Part shown: positions 19,045 to 27,931 of the stretch, piece by piece | Layout of the letters: each line of letters opens with the position of its first letter | Numbering within the stretch: the stretch's first letter is position 1 | Assembly: GCA_030431485.1 (NCBI GenBank) | Contig: JAUIIR010000010.1 | Location: forward strand, 331 to 64,330 | From: Alphaproteobacteria bacterium | GTDB lineage: Bacteria > Pseudomonadota > Alphaproteobacteria > Rhodobacterales > Rhodobacteraceae | Direction: 5' to 3' | DNA: 64,000 bases | The notes under the pieces: generated by a model | What the model saw: only the letters and a program-made list of their open reading frames with translations | Told to the model about the DNA's origin: nothing | Database searches by the model: none | Translations under genes and position numbers: made by a program

Positions 19045-21102
19045 TTAGTCCTCATCCCGTGTGATGATGGTATTGCCGCAGGTATCGACCGTGGCGGTCA
19101 GGCCGGGATCGACCAGAACGGTCGTGTCCGGCTGTACCAGGATCGCGGGGCCCTTGATCGTTGCCCCAACGGGCAGGGAAAGGCGGTTGTAGATTGCGGT
19201 GTCGAACCACGTATCGCCGAAATGCACCTTGCGGCTGCCCGTATGCGCCTCCTCGACCGATCCGCCCTTGGGGGCAAGCGTGGTCAGGTCGAACTTTGGC
19301 CGCCGCCCGATCACGGCGGTCCTAAGGTTCATCACCCGGCGCGTGCCGTTCTTGAGAAGGCGTCCGTAGGTTGCTTGGTAGGCGGCATCAAAAGCGGCTT
19401 CGACCGCGGCCACGGTCGGCGCGCTGACTGTACTGTCATCGACTGTAATCGGCAGGGGCACAGCAACCGTATGGGTCTGTCCGACATAGGCCATGTCCAG
19501 CTCGACCACGATGTCGCACGCCTCGAACGGGGATTGCGCGGCGTCCAGCAGGCCCATGCCGTCGTCGATATGCTTCTGCATCACCTCACGCAGCGCGTCG
19601 GTGTCGAGCGTTGCGGTCAGCGAGTTGATCGTCTGCACGAAGTCCTGTCGCATGTCGGCGATTACACAGCCCATCGCGCTGGTCACGCCCGGATAGCGCG
19701 GGACAATGGCGCTGCCGATGCCGACCTCTTTCAGGATCGCGCCGGTGTGCAGCGCACCACCGCCGCCGAAGGGCATGAAGGCGAACCGCTTGGGATCGAA
19801 CCCGCGTTCGATACTGACCAGACGGATTGCGCCCGCCATACGCGAATTGGCGACGCGCAGGATCGCTTCGGCGGCTTCGATGGTGGTCAGGCCAAGCTTT
19901 GATCCGACATGAATGTCGATGGCCTTCGCCGCCGCATCCACATCCAGACGGCTCAGCTTTCCCCCGATGGGATTGTCGGGGTCGATGCGGCCCAGCACGA
20001 CATTGGCGTCGGTCACGGTCGGCCGGTCATTGCCCTGACCATAGGCCACCGGGCCGGGAGTTGACCCAGCGCTTTCCGGTCCGATGTTGAGCAAGCCGCC
20101 CTTGTCGACCCATGCGATCGACCCGCCACCTGCACCGATGGTCGTGATCTCGATCATTGGGTTTCGCACCACCATGCCGAAGTCGATGGAGGTCTGCGGC
20201 GACAGCATGGACTGCCCCTTGGCAATCAGCGCCACGTCGAAACTGGTGCCGCCCATGTCACCGGTGATGACGTTCTCGAAACCCGCCGTTGTGGCGATAT
20301 GCCCGGCGGCGATCACGCCAGCGGCGGGGCCGGACAGGGCCGTGCGAATGGGCAGGCGGCAGGCGGTGTCGGTGTCCATGACGCCGCCGTTCGACTGCAC
20401 GATCATGAACTCGCCACCGAACCCGCCATTGGCCAGGGCTTGATCAAGACGGTTTATATAGCCCGAGACTTCGGGTTGCAGATAGGCGTTCAAAGCGGTG
20501 GTCGAGAAGCGTTCGAACTCGCGGATTTCCGGCAGGATTTCCGAGGAACAGCTGACGTGATCGTTGGGCCACATCGCGCGGACCGCCTCAACCGCCTTGG
20601 CCTCGTTCGCGGCATTGGCATAGGCGTTGGCGAACAGGATCGCGACGGCCAGACAGCCTTCGTCGATCAACTGTTGAGCGGCGGCCTTGACCGTGTCCAG
20701 ATCGACGGGCGTGCGGATCGTGCCATCGGCCAGCGTCCGCTCCGGCACCTCCAACCGTAAGTTTCGCGGCACGACCGGCTCGAAATCGCCGCGCAAGCCC
20801 CAGGTGCGGGGCCTGTCGCGGCGGCGCATTTCAAGAACGTCGCGGAGTCCGTGAGTAGTGATCACGCCGATCTTTGCGCCTTTGCGCTCGAGCAGAGCAT
20901 TGGTTCCGGCGGTGGTGCCATGCACAACCCCCGCGACGGTAGAGAGGTTGTCGACCTGCTGGCCGATCCCGTAAAGAAAGCCGCCGGATTGGTCGGGCCG
21001 GGTGGTGGGCACCTTGGCGACAGTCGCCGTCCCGGTGGCCTCGTCCAGCACGAACACATCGGTGAAGGTGCCGCCGACATCGACGCCGATCATCTTGCTC
21101 AT
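19045..21102 (-). CDS. Hydantoinase/oxoprolinase A subunit (HyuA family, ATP-dependent lactamase/carboxylase component)
   Basis: The ATG at 21102 gives MSKMIGVDVGGTFTDVFVLDE..., the canonical HyuA N-terminus. It overlaps the HyuB stop by 4 nt. The track ORF to 21501 is an over-extension running into the HyuB gene. Confidence 0.85.
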   Translation of the reverse strand: MSKMIGVDVGGTFTDVFVLDEATGTATVAKVPTTRPDQSGGFLYGIGQQVDNLSTVAGVVHGTTAGTNALLERKGAKIGVITTHGLRDVLEMRRRDRPRTWGLRGDFEPVVPRNLRLEVPERTLADGTIRTPVDLDTVKAAAQQLIDEGCLAVAILFANAYANAANEAKAVEAVRAMWPNDHVSCSSEILPEIREFERFSTTALNAYLQPEVSGYINRLDQALANGGFGGEFMIVQSNGGVMDTDTACRLPIRTALSGPAAGVIAAGHIATTAGFENVITGDMGGTSFDVALIAKGQSMLSPQTSIDFGMVVRNPMIEITTIGAGGGSIAWVDKGGLLNIGPESAGSTPGPVAYGQGNDRPTVTDANVVLGRIDPDNPIGGKLSRLDVDAAAKAIDIHVGSKLGLTTIEAAEAILRVANSRMAGAIRLVSIERGFDPKRFAFMPFGGGGALHTGAILKEVGIGSAIVPRYPGVTSAMGCVIADMRQDFVQTINSLTATLDTDALREVMQKHIDDGMGLLDAAQSPFEACDIVVELDMAYVGQTHTVAVPLPITVDDSTVSAPTVAAVEAAFDAAYQATYGRLLKNGTRRVMNLRTAVIGRRPKFDLTTLAPKGGSVEEAHTGSRKVHFGDTWFDTAIYNRLSLPVGATIKGPAILVQPDTTVLVDPGLTATVDTCGNTIITRDED

Positions 21103-22793
21103 GCCGCGACCTCTTTCCATGCGGGGCCGTAAAGCTCGGTCGCTTTGTCCGGCGTCAGGTATCCCAGCGCCACGTCGCGGGCGACCGCCGTTGCATCGCG
21201 GTCGGTCGCATGCCCGTAACCGCCCCCACCGGGAGTGTCGAGGCGTACGGCCTGGCCTTTGGTCAGCTTGATCCCAAGCATTTTCGACGCCAGCGGTGGG
21301 GTCTTCCACCCATCCGCTTGTTCGTAGTGAAACACGTTCATCGCCCCCGTGCCGCCGCCCTGCACGCCCTGTGGCGCAAACCGACCGCGTTCGCCAAAGA
21401 GGAACGCCTCGGCGTTTTCCTCCAGCACTTCGATCTCGTAGGTCGCGCCCAGACCGCCGCGATGCGCACCGGCGCCCGCGCTGTCGGGGCGGAGAGTCCA
21501 TTGGCGGAACATCACCGGGTAGGCCGCCTCAAGGATCTCCATCGGCGGGATCGTCGCGGTGGAGATCGGCGCGTTGCCGTGGTTGAGGCCGTCTGACTCG
21601 CTGCTTCCGCCATGCCCGCCGCCATAGAAGCTGAACATCACCCAGCGCTGGCCATTCGCCCGCTTGCCCGCAATCGACAGCGCATTGATCGTGCCATAGG
21701 CGTTGGCGACGACGCGGTCGGGAGCGGCTTGCGATGCGGCGCTGAAGATAACGTCGATCATGCGCAGGATGGTTTCGGTGTAGCCACCGACAGGGGCAGG
21801 GAATTCCGCCGAGAGAAGTGAGCCATCCGGCACGCGCACATCAATCGGGCGCATGACGCCCGCATTGGCGGGAAGGTCCGGGAATATGTGTTTGATCGCG
21901 ACATATGCAGTCGCCACGGCGGTCGGGAAGGCGATGTTGACCGGTCCGGCACTCACGGGAGCGGTGCCTTCGAAGTCGAGCACCATCCGATCGCCCGTGA
22001 TCTCAAGTGCCACTTTGATCGGCAGGGCAACGTCGGTGATCCCGTCATTGTCGAGGTAATCCAACGCCTCCCAATGACCGTCCGGCAGAGCTGACAGTTC
22101 TGACCGCATCAACGTTTCGGCGCGGTCGCCCAAGGCGTCCAAAGCCGCAGACACGGTGTCTGTACCGTATTCGTCAAGCAACTCATCCAGCCGCCTAACC
22201 CCAAGGTCCAAGGCGCCTAATTGGCCGTTCAGATCCCCCATTGCTGATTGCGGCAGGCGGGTGTTGCGCAAGAGGATGTCGATGATGTCCTGCTGGATCA
22301 CACCTGCGCGGGCCAGCTTAACCGGCGGCAGGACAAACGCCTCCTGAAAGGCTTCGGTGGCCGACGGATTGTAGTTGCCCGGCACCGCGCCACCGACATC
22401 GTGCCAGTGGCCGACGCTGGCGAGGTAGCAGAAAAGCTTGCCGTCGCGGAAATAGGGCCGCACCAGCCGCATGTCGGACAGGTGCGTGCCGCCCAGATGC
22501 GCGTCATTGAAGATGTATATGTCTCCATCCGCCAGATCACCGACCTCGGCGGCCTTGTCGATCACCGCTTTCACGGCAAAAGCCATGACCCCGACAAAAA
22601 TCGGCAGGCCGGATTTGCCCTGCACCAGCGTGTCGCCGCTCTCAGCATGGTAAAAACCGTGTGAAGCGTCATGCGCTTCGGCGATGATCGGGTTGAACGC
22701 GGCCCGGAACAGGGTCGCGTCCATTTCGTCGGCGATCTGCTCCATCCGTCCTGCCAGAACGGCGAGGGTGATCGGGTCGATGGCGGCACTCAT
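21099..22793 (-). CDS. Hydantoinase/oxoprolinase B subunit (HyuB family)
   Basis: The ATG at 22793 gives MSAAIDPITLAVLAGRMEQIADEMDATLFRAAFNPIIAEAHDAS, the canonical HyuB start. It overlaps the upstream stop by 4 nt. Confidence 0.85.
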   Translation of the reverse strand: MSAAIDPITLAVLAGRMEQIADEMDATLFRAAFNPIIAEAHDASHGFYHAESGDTLVQGKSGLPIFVGVMAFAVKAVIDKAAEVGDLADGDIYIFNDAHLGGTHLSDMRLVRPYFRDGKLFCYLASVGHWHDVGGAVPGNYNPSATEAFQEAFVLPPVKLARAGVIQQDIIDILLRNTRLPQSAMGDLNGQLGALDLGVRRLDELLDEYGTDTVSAALDALGDRAETLMRSELSALPDGHWEALDYLDNDGITDVALPIKVALEITGDRMVLDFEGTAPVSAGPVNIAFPTAVATAYVAIKHIFPDLPANAGVMRPIDVRVPDGSLLSAEFPAPVGGYTETILRMIDVIFSAASQAAPDRVVANAYGTINALSIAGKRANGQRWVMFSFYGGGHGGSSESDGLNHGNAPISTATIPPMEILEAAYPVMFRQWTLRPDSAGAGAHRGGLGATYEIEVLEENAEAFLFGERGRFAPQGVQGGGTGAMNVFHYEQADGWKTPPLASKMLGIKLTKGQAVRLDTPGGGGYGHATDRDATAVARDVALGYLTPDKATELYGPAWKEVAA

Positions 22794-23350
22794 TTCGCGC
22801 GCACCTCTGCCATATCGTTCCAGACGTCCTGACGCACGATCTTGCCTCCGGAGATTTCGAAACGGTCGATGAAACGGATGCCCTCGAACGGGGTGCCGTC
22901 CATCCATTCGCCATAAAGCGTGCCGCGCGCGTAGACGACAGCAGCACCGCCGCTGTGCATCGCGTCGAACCCGTCATAGGTTTTCTTGACGAACTTGTAG
23001 CGCCCTTTGGACCAGTCGATCAGTTCGGACAACTGCGTCATCGGTTTGGTCGCGGGGAACACCATCTGGAACCCGTCGCCCAGCATCCCTTGTGCGGTGT
23101 TCAGATCGCGGGCTTCCATCGCGGAGAGGTAATCGCGCACGATCTGAGCGGGGTCTGGCAGGGCCGGGGCCGGCTGGCGGTGCCGGCCGCCGCGGGCATA
23201 GGCCTCGGACGGGTATTCGTGCAGCATCACGGTGATGGCTTCATCGGGAGCGGGAACGACAAATCGAATCGCGTCCGTGAGGGCCGAAGTCAGGCGGGAT
23301 TTCTCGGTGGGGCTGTATCCTTCAAGGATGTGCGCTTCCACGATTGGCAT
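22790..23350 (-). CDS. Fusion protein: 4-oxalocrotonate-tautomerase-like N-domain plus SnoaL/NTF2-like C-domain
   Basis: The ATG at 23350 gives MPIVEAHILEGYSPTEKSRLTSALTDAI... This has Pro immediately after Met and about a 60-aa beta-alpha-beta module, as in the 4-OT family. A Pro/Ala linker and a roughly 120-aa NTF2-like domain follow (DYLSAMEARDLNTAQGML...FEISGGKIVRQDVWND). Confidence 0.7.
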   Translation of the reverse strand: MPIVEAHILEGYSPTEKSRLTSALTDAIRFVVPAPDEAITVMLHEYPSEAYARGGRHRQPAPALPDPAQIVRDYLSAMEARDLNTAQGMLGDGFQMVFPATKPMTQLSELIDWSKGRYKFVKKTYDGFDAMHSGGAAVVYARGTLYGEWMDGTPFEGIRFIDRFEISGGKIVRQDVWNDMAEVRAK

Positions 23351-23479
23351 ATGACCCTCCCCAAAATCTGCACTTTTCATATAACAGGTTTTGGTATATT
23401 GAAAGACCAGCAAACGAAGATTCTTCGTCGGATCATTCACTGGCCGCGAGGATCGCCAACCAATAGGGGCCGCGCTGCC

Positions 23480-24274
23480 GTGACATTGAACGCGCATTCC
23501 GGACTTCCAGAAGGCGGTAAAGCCCGCAGGGTTTACCTGTTGCTGCGCGACGAAATTTCAAATGGTGTTTTCAAAGACGGATCGCGCCTGCCCGGTGAGC
23601 ACAGGCTGGCCGAACAGTTCGACGTGTCCCGCATCACCATCCGTCGTGCGCTCGAGGCGCTGGCCGCCGATGGCTGGATCGAGAAAAAGACAGGTGCCGG
23701 GTCGGTTGTGCGCGCGCAGGAGCAGGCGGGGCAAAGGCTGTCCGCCGATTTCGCAACGCTGATCCCGCATCTCGTCGAGATGGACCGCAAGACAACCGCG
23801 CGGCTGTTGTCCTTTTCCTATGACAGCGCGCCTGCTGCTGTGGCCGAGGCGTTGGGCATCCCGGAAGGTGCGGATGTGCAAAAGGCGGTGCGTGTGCGGT
23901 CCTCGGGCGGTCAGCCCTTTTCGCACCTCACAACGTATGTGCCCAAAGAGATCGCCGTCAGCTACGACGAAGCTGACCTTGCAACCCAACCCCTTTTCCG
24001 CCTGCTCGAACGCAGCGGCGTGAGCGTCAGCAGCGCCCACCAGACCGTGACCGCAGCTCTTGCCACGCCCGATGTGGCGGACGCCTTGGAGGTCTCGGTT
24101 GGATCGCCGCTCTTATTCGTGCAGCGTATCGTGCGCGATGCAAGCGGCCAAGGTGTCGAACACCTGTCCGCGCTCTACCGTCCCGATCTGTTCAGGCTCG
24201 AAATGAGTCTCGCGCGGGTCGGCGCAGGTGAGGCGCGGCATTGGGAGCCGGTGATCGGAGGAGGCTCCACATGA
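23480..24274 (+). CDS. GntR-family (HutC-type, UTRA effector domain) transcriptional regulator
   Basis: Winged HTH RLPGEHRLAEQFDVSRITIRRALEALAADGWIEKKTGAGSVV followed by a UTRA-like domain. There is no in-frame ATG near the domain start, so I propose the GTG at 23480 (uncertain). The track ORF from 22955 is antisense read-through over the tautomerase gene. The stop overlaps the ATG of the next gene. Confidence 0.75.
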   Translation: MTLNAHSGLPEGGKARRVYLLLRDEISNGVFKDGSRLPGEHRLAEQFDVSRITIRRALEALAADGWIEKKTGAGSVVRAQEQAGQRLSADFATLIPHLVEMDRKTTARLLSFSYDSAPAAVAEALGIPEGADVQKAVRVRSSGGQPFSHLTTYVPKEIAVSYDEADLATQPLFRLLERSGVSVSSAHQTVTAALATPDVADALEVSVGSPLLFVQRIVRDASGQGVEHLSALYRPDLFRLEMSLARVGAGEARHWEPVIGGGST

Positions 24275-25671
24275 CCGGTCGTCGTCTTCTTGACAAGCTG
24301 TGGGAGAGCAACGAAATCCTACGCCGCGACGACGGCACAAGTCTGCTTTGGGTGGATCGCCATCTGGTGCACGAAGGCTCGCACCACGCCTTTGCCAAAA
24401 TCGCTGAGCGGGGCGTGCCGGTTGCAGAACCGGGGCTGACCTTTGGGGTGGCGGATCATTATGCGCCGACGCGCGGCGCGCCCGCGACGGATGCGATTGC
24501 GCGGATGATCGACACTCTGGCCGCGAACACCGCGAAACACGGGATTACCTGCTTTGGCCTCGACGATCCGCGTCAGGGCATTGTGCACGTGATCGGACCG
24601 GAGCAGGGGCTGACTCTGCCGGGTCTGCTGATCAATTGCGGCGACAGCCATACATCGACACATGGCGCCTTCGGGGCCTTGGCCTTTGGTATCGGCGCAA
24701 CCGAGGTGGCGCATGTGCTGGCGACGCAGACGGTCTGGCAGAAAAAGCCTAGGGCGATGCGGATCGAGGTGACCGGGCGGCTTGGCGCAGGGGTAGGGGC
24801 CAAAGACTTGGCGCTCGCGTGGATTGCCAAGCTGGGCGCGGATGGCGCGCGGGGGCATGCCATCGAATATACCGGGCCTGCGGTGAAGTCCCTGTCAATG
24901 GAAGGGCGCATGACGCTCTGCAACCTCTCCATCGAAGGCGGCGCACGGTTTGGCATGATCGCGCCGGATGAGACCACATTTGCCTATGTCAAGGGACGTC
25001 CATTTGCGCCGGGTGGTGCGGATTGGGATCGCGCGGTTGCGCTTTGGTCGTCACTGCCGTCAGATGCGGATGCAAGCTATGACGTCAGCGTCAGTCTTGA
25101 CGCCTCCGAGATCGCACCCATCGTGACATGGGGGACCACGCCAGAGGATGCGCTGCCGGTCACAGCAACCATTCCTGACCCCGCCAGAATGTCCGGAGCT
25201 GCGGCGGAACGTGCTCGCAATGCATTGGATTATATGGGGCTCTCGCCGGGACGCGCTTTGAAAGACATTCCGGTGGATCAGGTTTTCATAGGCTCCTGCA
25301 CCAACGCCCGGATCGAAGACTTGCGCGAGGCGGCGGGTGTTTTGGCAGGTCGCAAAGCGAAGGTGCCCGGAATTGTCTCGCCCGGCTCGCAACAGGTCAA
25401 ATCGCAGGCCGAAGCGGAGGGGCTGGACCGCATTTTCATCGACGCAGGGCTCGACTGGGTCGGCTCTGGTTGTTCGATGTGTGTGGCGATGAACGGAGAT
25501 CACGTGGAGCCGGGTAAACGTTGCGCCTCAACCACAAATCGCAACTTCAGAGGCCGTCAGGGGCGCGGGGCTCGGACACATCTCATGTCTCCGGCAATGG
25601 TGGCCGCTGCGGCTGTGACCGGGCATCTGACGGATGTCCGAGAATTGCTTAAAGAGAGGGCGCCCGCATGA
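24271..25671 (+). CDS. Aconitase-superfamily dehydratase large subunit (LeuC-like)
   Basis: The ATG at 24271 follows GGAGGAGG. Motifs include WVDRHLVHEGS, NCGDSHTSTHGAFGA, and the Fe-S cysteines in GSCTNARIEDL and GCSMCVAMN. Confidence 0.85.
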   Translation: MTGRRLLDKLWESNEILRRDDGTSLLWVDRHLVHEGSHHAFAKIAERGVPVAEPGLTFGVADHYAPTRGAPATDAIARMIDTLAANTAKHGITCFGLDDPRQGIVHVIGPEQGLTLPGLLINCGDSHTSTHGAFGALAFGIGATEVAHVLATQTVWQKKPRAMRIEVTGRLGAGVGAKDLALAWIAKLGADGARGHAIEYTGPAVKSLSMEGRMTLCNLSIEGGARFGMIAPDETTFAYVKGRPFAPGGADWDRAVALWSSLPSDADASYDVSVSLDASEIAPIVTWGTTPEDALPVTATIPDPARMSGAAAERARNALDYMGLSPGRALKDIPVDQVFIGSCTNARIEDLREAAGVLAGRKAKVPGIVSPGSQQVKSQAEAEGLDRIFIDAGLDWVGSGCSMCVAMNGDHVEPGKRCASTTNRNFRGRQGRGARTHLMSPAMVAAAAVTGHLTDVRELLKERAPA

Positions 25672-26315
25672 GGGGATGGAGACGGCATACCGGTGTCGCC
25701 ATCGCGCTCGACCGCGAAAACGTCGATACGGACCAATTGATCCCGGCACGTTTCATGTCAACGCCACGTGCGGAAGGATACGGAGATTTCCTGTTATATG
25801 ATTTCCGTAATGACGTGTACGGAAACCCGTTATCCGACTTCCCGCTGAACGCCGTTCCGAACGCGAGTGTGCTGATTTCACGCCGTAATTTTGGCAGCGG
25901 TTCTTCACGCGAGGCGGCGGTCTATGCACTGGTCGATTTCGGAATCAGGGTTGTGATCGCGCCAAGTTTTGGGGACATCTTTGCAAGCAACGCAGTGAAC
26001 AATGGCCTGCTGCCCGCGCGGGTGTCATCGGCCGATGCTGACGCGGCCATCCGCAAACTTCAGCAGGGGCCTCTCGATACGAGTGTCGATCTTTTGGAAC
26101 GACATATCCGTCTCGGCAAGATGGCCTTTGATTTCATAATTGATGACGTCTGGCAGCAAAAGCTCATCAACGGTTGGGACGATATCGACCTGACCCAGAA
26201 CCATAAACAGGCCATCACGGCATTCCGGGCGCTACACGCGCAGGCCATGCCGTGGGCCGTACAAGTCCAACAGACCAACTTCAGGAGCGCGGGGCGGGAC
26301 ACCGTTTCGCAGTAA
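25668..26315 (+). CDS. Aconitase-superfamily dehydratase small subunit (LeuD-like)
   Basis: VDTDQLIPARF, RNFGSGSSREAAVYAL, APSFGDIF. 4-nt overlap with the large subunit gene. Confidence 0.85.
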   Translation: MRGWRRHTGVAIALDRENVDTDQLIPARFMSTPRAEGYGDFLLYDFRNDVYGNPLSDFPLNAVPNASVLISRRNFGSGSSREAAVYALVDFGIRVVIAPSFGDIFASNAVNNGLLPARVSSADADAAIRKLQQGPLDTSVDLLERHIRLGKMAFDFIIDDVWQQKLINGWDDIDLTQNHKQAITAFRALHAQAMPWAVQVQQTNFRSAGRDTVSQ

Positions 26316-26356
26316 CATCGGCCAGGGTGGCCGAAAGGGTGTAGGAGGAACTATCC

Positions 26357-27370
26357 ATGACTATGAACTTGCTCAAAGGCTGCATCGCCAGTGGCGTGCT
26401 GCTCGGGTCCGTGGCCCAAGCGGAAGAGACCATCACCGCCGTGCACGCGTTTCCCGAAACGCTGATCTATACGCAGAGCTTCCTGTCCTTTGTGGACAAG
26501 GTGAACGAAGCCGGTGAAGGCGTAATCCAGATCGAAGTGCGCGGCGGCCCCGAGGCGATTGGCATGTTCCAACAGCCCGATGCGGTGCGCGACGGGATTG
26601 TGGATATGGTCTACACGCCGGGATCGTTCTACGGCGGCGCACTACCCGAGAAAGACGCGCTTGTGGCGTCGAACCTGACCGCCATCGAGACCCGTGAAAA
26701 CGGCGGAATCGAGTTGATCGACCAGATCCATCAGGAGCGTATGGGCCTCAAGTACCTAGGCTGGTTCGACAGCGGTGTCTGCTACAACCTCTGGACCCGC
26801 AACGAGCCGTCTTTCGACGCCGATGGCAATCTTGAAGTGGATGGCCTGCGACTGCGCGGAAACGCGGTCTACAACGCGTTCTTTACCAATTATCTCGAAG
26901 CGCAGGTGATCGACCTGCCGACAGGCGAAGTGTACTCTGCGCTTCAAAACGGCGTGGTGGATGCAACAGGTTGGACCCAGATCGGCCTGATCGACCTCAA
27001 GTGGAACGAGTTCCTGAACTATCGGATCGAGCCCTGCTTCTTCTCGACTGACCTTGGTGTGATCGTCAATCTCGACACCTGGGAAGGGCTCAGCGACGAA
27101 GCGAAGACCGTCCTTCAGGATACCGCGATCCAGCATGAGATCGACAGTGTAAACGCGCTGCGCAGCAAGCGGGATGACGACTTCGCGGCACTTGATGAAG
27201 CGGGCATGAACGTGGTCTCACTCGAAGGTGAGGCAAAGGCCAACTACCTTGCCGCTGCGCGTGAAACCACATGGGCGCGGATGAAAGAACTGATGGAAGC
27301 CGAGCCGCAGTCGGTTGCGAGCTATGACGACTTGATCGGCAAGTTTTACGATCCTGCCGCAGACAATTAA
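26357..27370 (+). CDS. TRAP transporter substrate-binding protein (DctP family)
   Basis: Signal peptide MTMNLLKGCIASGVLLGSVAQA and DctP-like sequence. Followed directly by DctQ and DctM homologues. Confidence 0.8.
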   Translation: MTMNLLKGCIASGVLLGSVAQAEETITAVHAFPETLIYTQSFLSFVDKVNEAGEGVIQIEVRGGPEAIGMFQQPDAVRDGIVDMVYTPGSFYGGALPEKDALVASNLTAIETRENGGIELIDQIHQERMGLKYLGWFDSGVCYNLWTRNEPSFDADGNLEVDGLRLRGNAVYNAFFTNYLEAQVIDLPTGEVYSALQNGVVDATGWTQIGLIDLKWNEFLNYRIEPCFFSTDLGVIVNLDTWEGLSDEAKTVLQDTAIQHEIDSVNALRSKRDDDFAALDEAGMNVVSLEGEAKANYLAAARETTWARMKELMEAEPQSVASYDDLIGKFYDPAADN

Positions 27371-27424
27371 GACCAACGGGCCGGGGCATATGTCCCGGCC
27401 CAGCTTTCTCAAACGGATGACCCC

Positions 27425-27931
27425 ATGCGCGCCGTGACCCGCGTCTATGACGCTTTGCTTTACACGATGGCCTTCATCGCAGCCGTGACACTTGTCTGGC
27501 TGATGGTGTCGGTGGTGGTGTCCGTTCTGATGCGCAATCTGGGGCTTCAGCCTTTTGCATGGCTGTTCACCTCTGCAGAATACGGCATCCTTTACATGAC
27601 GATGCTTGGCGCGCCTTGGCTTGTGCGTGAAAAAGGCCATGTGCATATCGAACTGGTGACGGCAGCACTGCCCGGACCGCTGCGACGGTTCGTGAGCCGG
27701 CTGGTCGCCGCGCTCTGCGTGCTCGTTTGCGTCATCCTTGCATGGTACGGTCTGCAGCTTTTCCTGACCAATATCGAGCGCAACAACTACGATGTGCGCG
27801 CCTATTACTACCCCCGTTGGCTTTTGACAGTGACCTTTCCCATCGCCTTTTCGGTGATGGCCATCGAGTTTTCGCGGTTCGTGCTCGGGTCTGATCTCAT
27901 GCACTCGGGCGAAGCGGGGATTCACGAATAA
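27425..27931 (+). CDS. TRAP transporter small permease (DctQ family)
   Basis: 168-aa four-TM protein between the DctP-like and DctM-like genes. Its stop overlaps the next start (TAATG). Confidence 0.8.
   Translation: MRAVTRVYDALLYTMAFIAAVTLVWLMVSVVVSVLMRNLGLQPFAWLFTSAEYGILYMTMLGAPWLVREKGHVHIELVTAALPGPLRRFVSRLVAALCVLVCVILAWYGLQLFLTNIERNNYDVRAYYYPRWLLTVTFPIAFSVMAIEFSRFVLGSDLMHSGEAGIHE

Noticed and set aside
21103-21501. The N-terminal 133-aa extension of the HyuA ORF in the track. The LivK-like ORF (7046-7234), the ICL-like ORF (18440-18538) and the HyuB ORF (22794-22907) have similar extensions.
   Set aside because: The extensions overlap the upstream genes, are Arg/Gly-rich, and precede internal ATGs that give canonical family N-termini (MSKMIGVDVGGTFTD, MKKLL signal peptide, MSMKTRL, MSAAIDPITL). 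Those internal ATGs also create 4-nt start/stop overlaps typical of the operon.
22955-23479. The 5' part of the 439-aa plus-strand ORF that ends as the GntR regulator.
   Set aside because: This part is antisense to the tautomerase-fusion gene and crosses the intergenic promoter region. Only the C-terminal ~264 aa show GntR HTH and UTRA features. I therefore start the CDS at the in-frame GTG at 23480, though the exact start remains uncertain.
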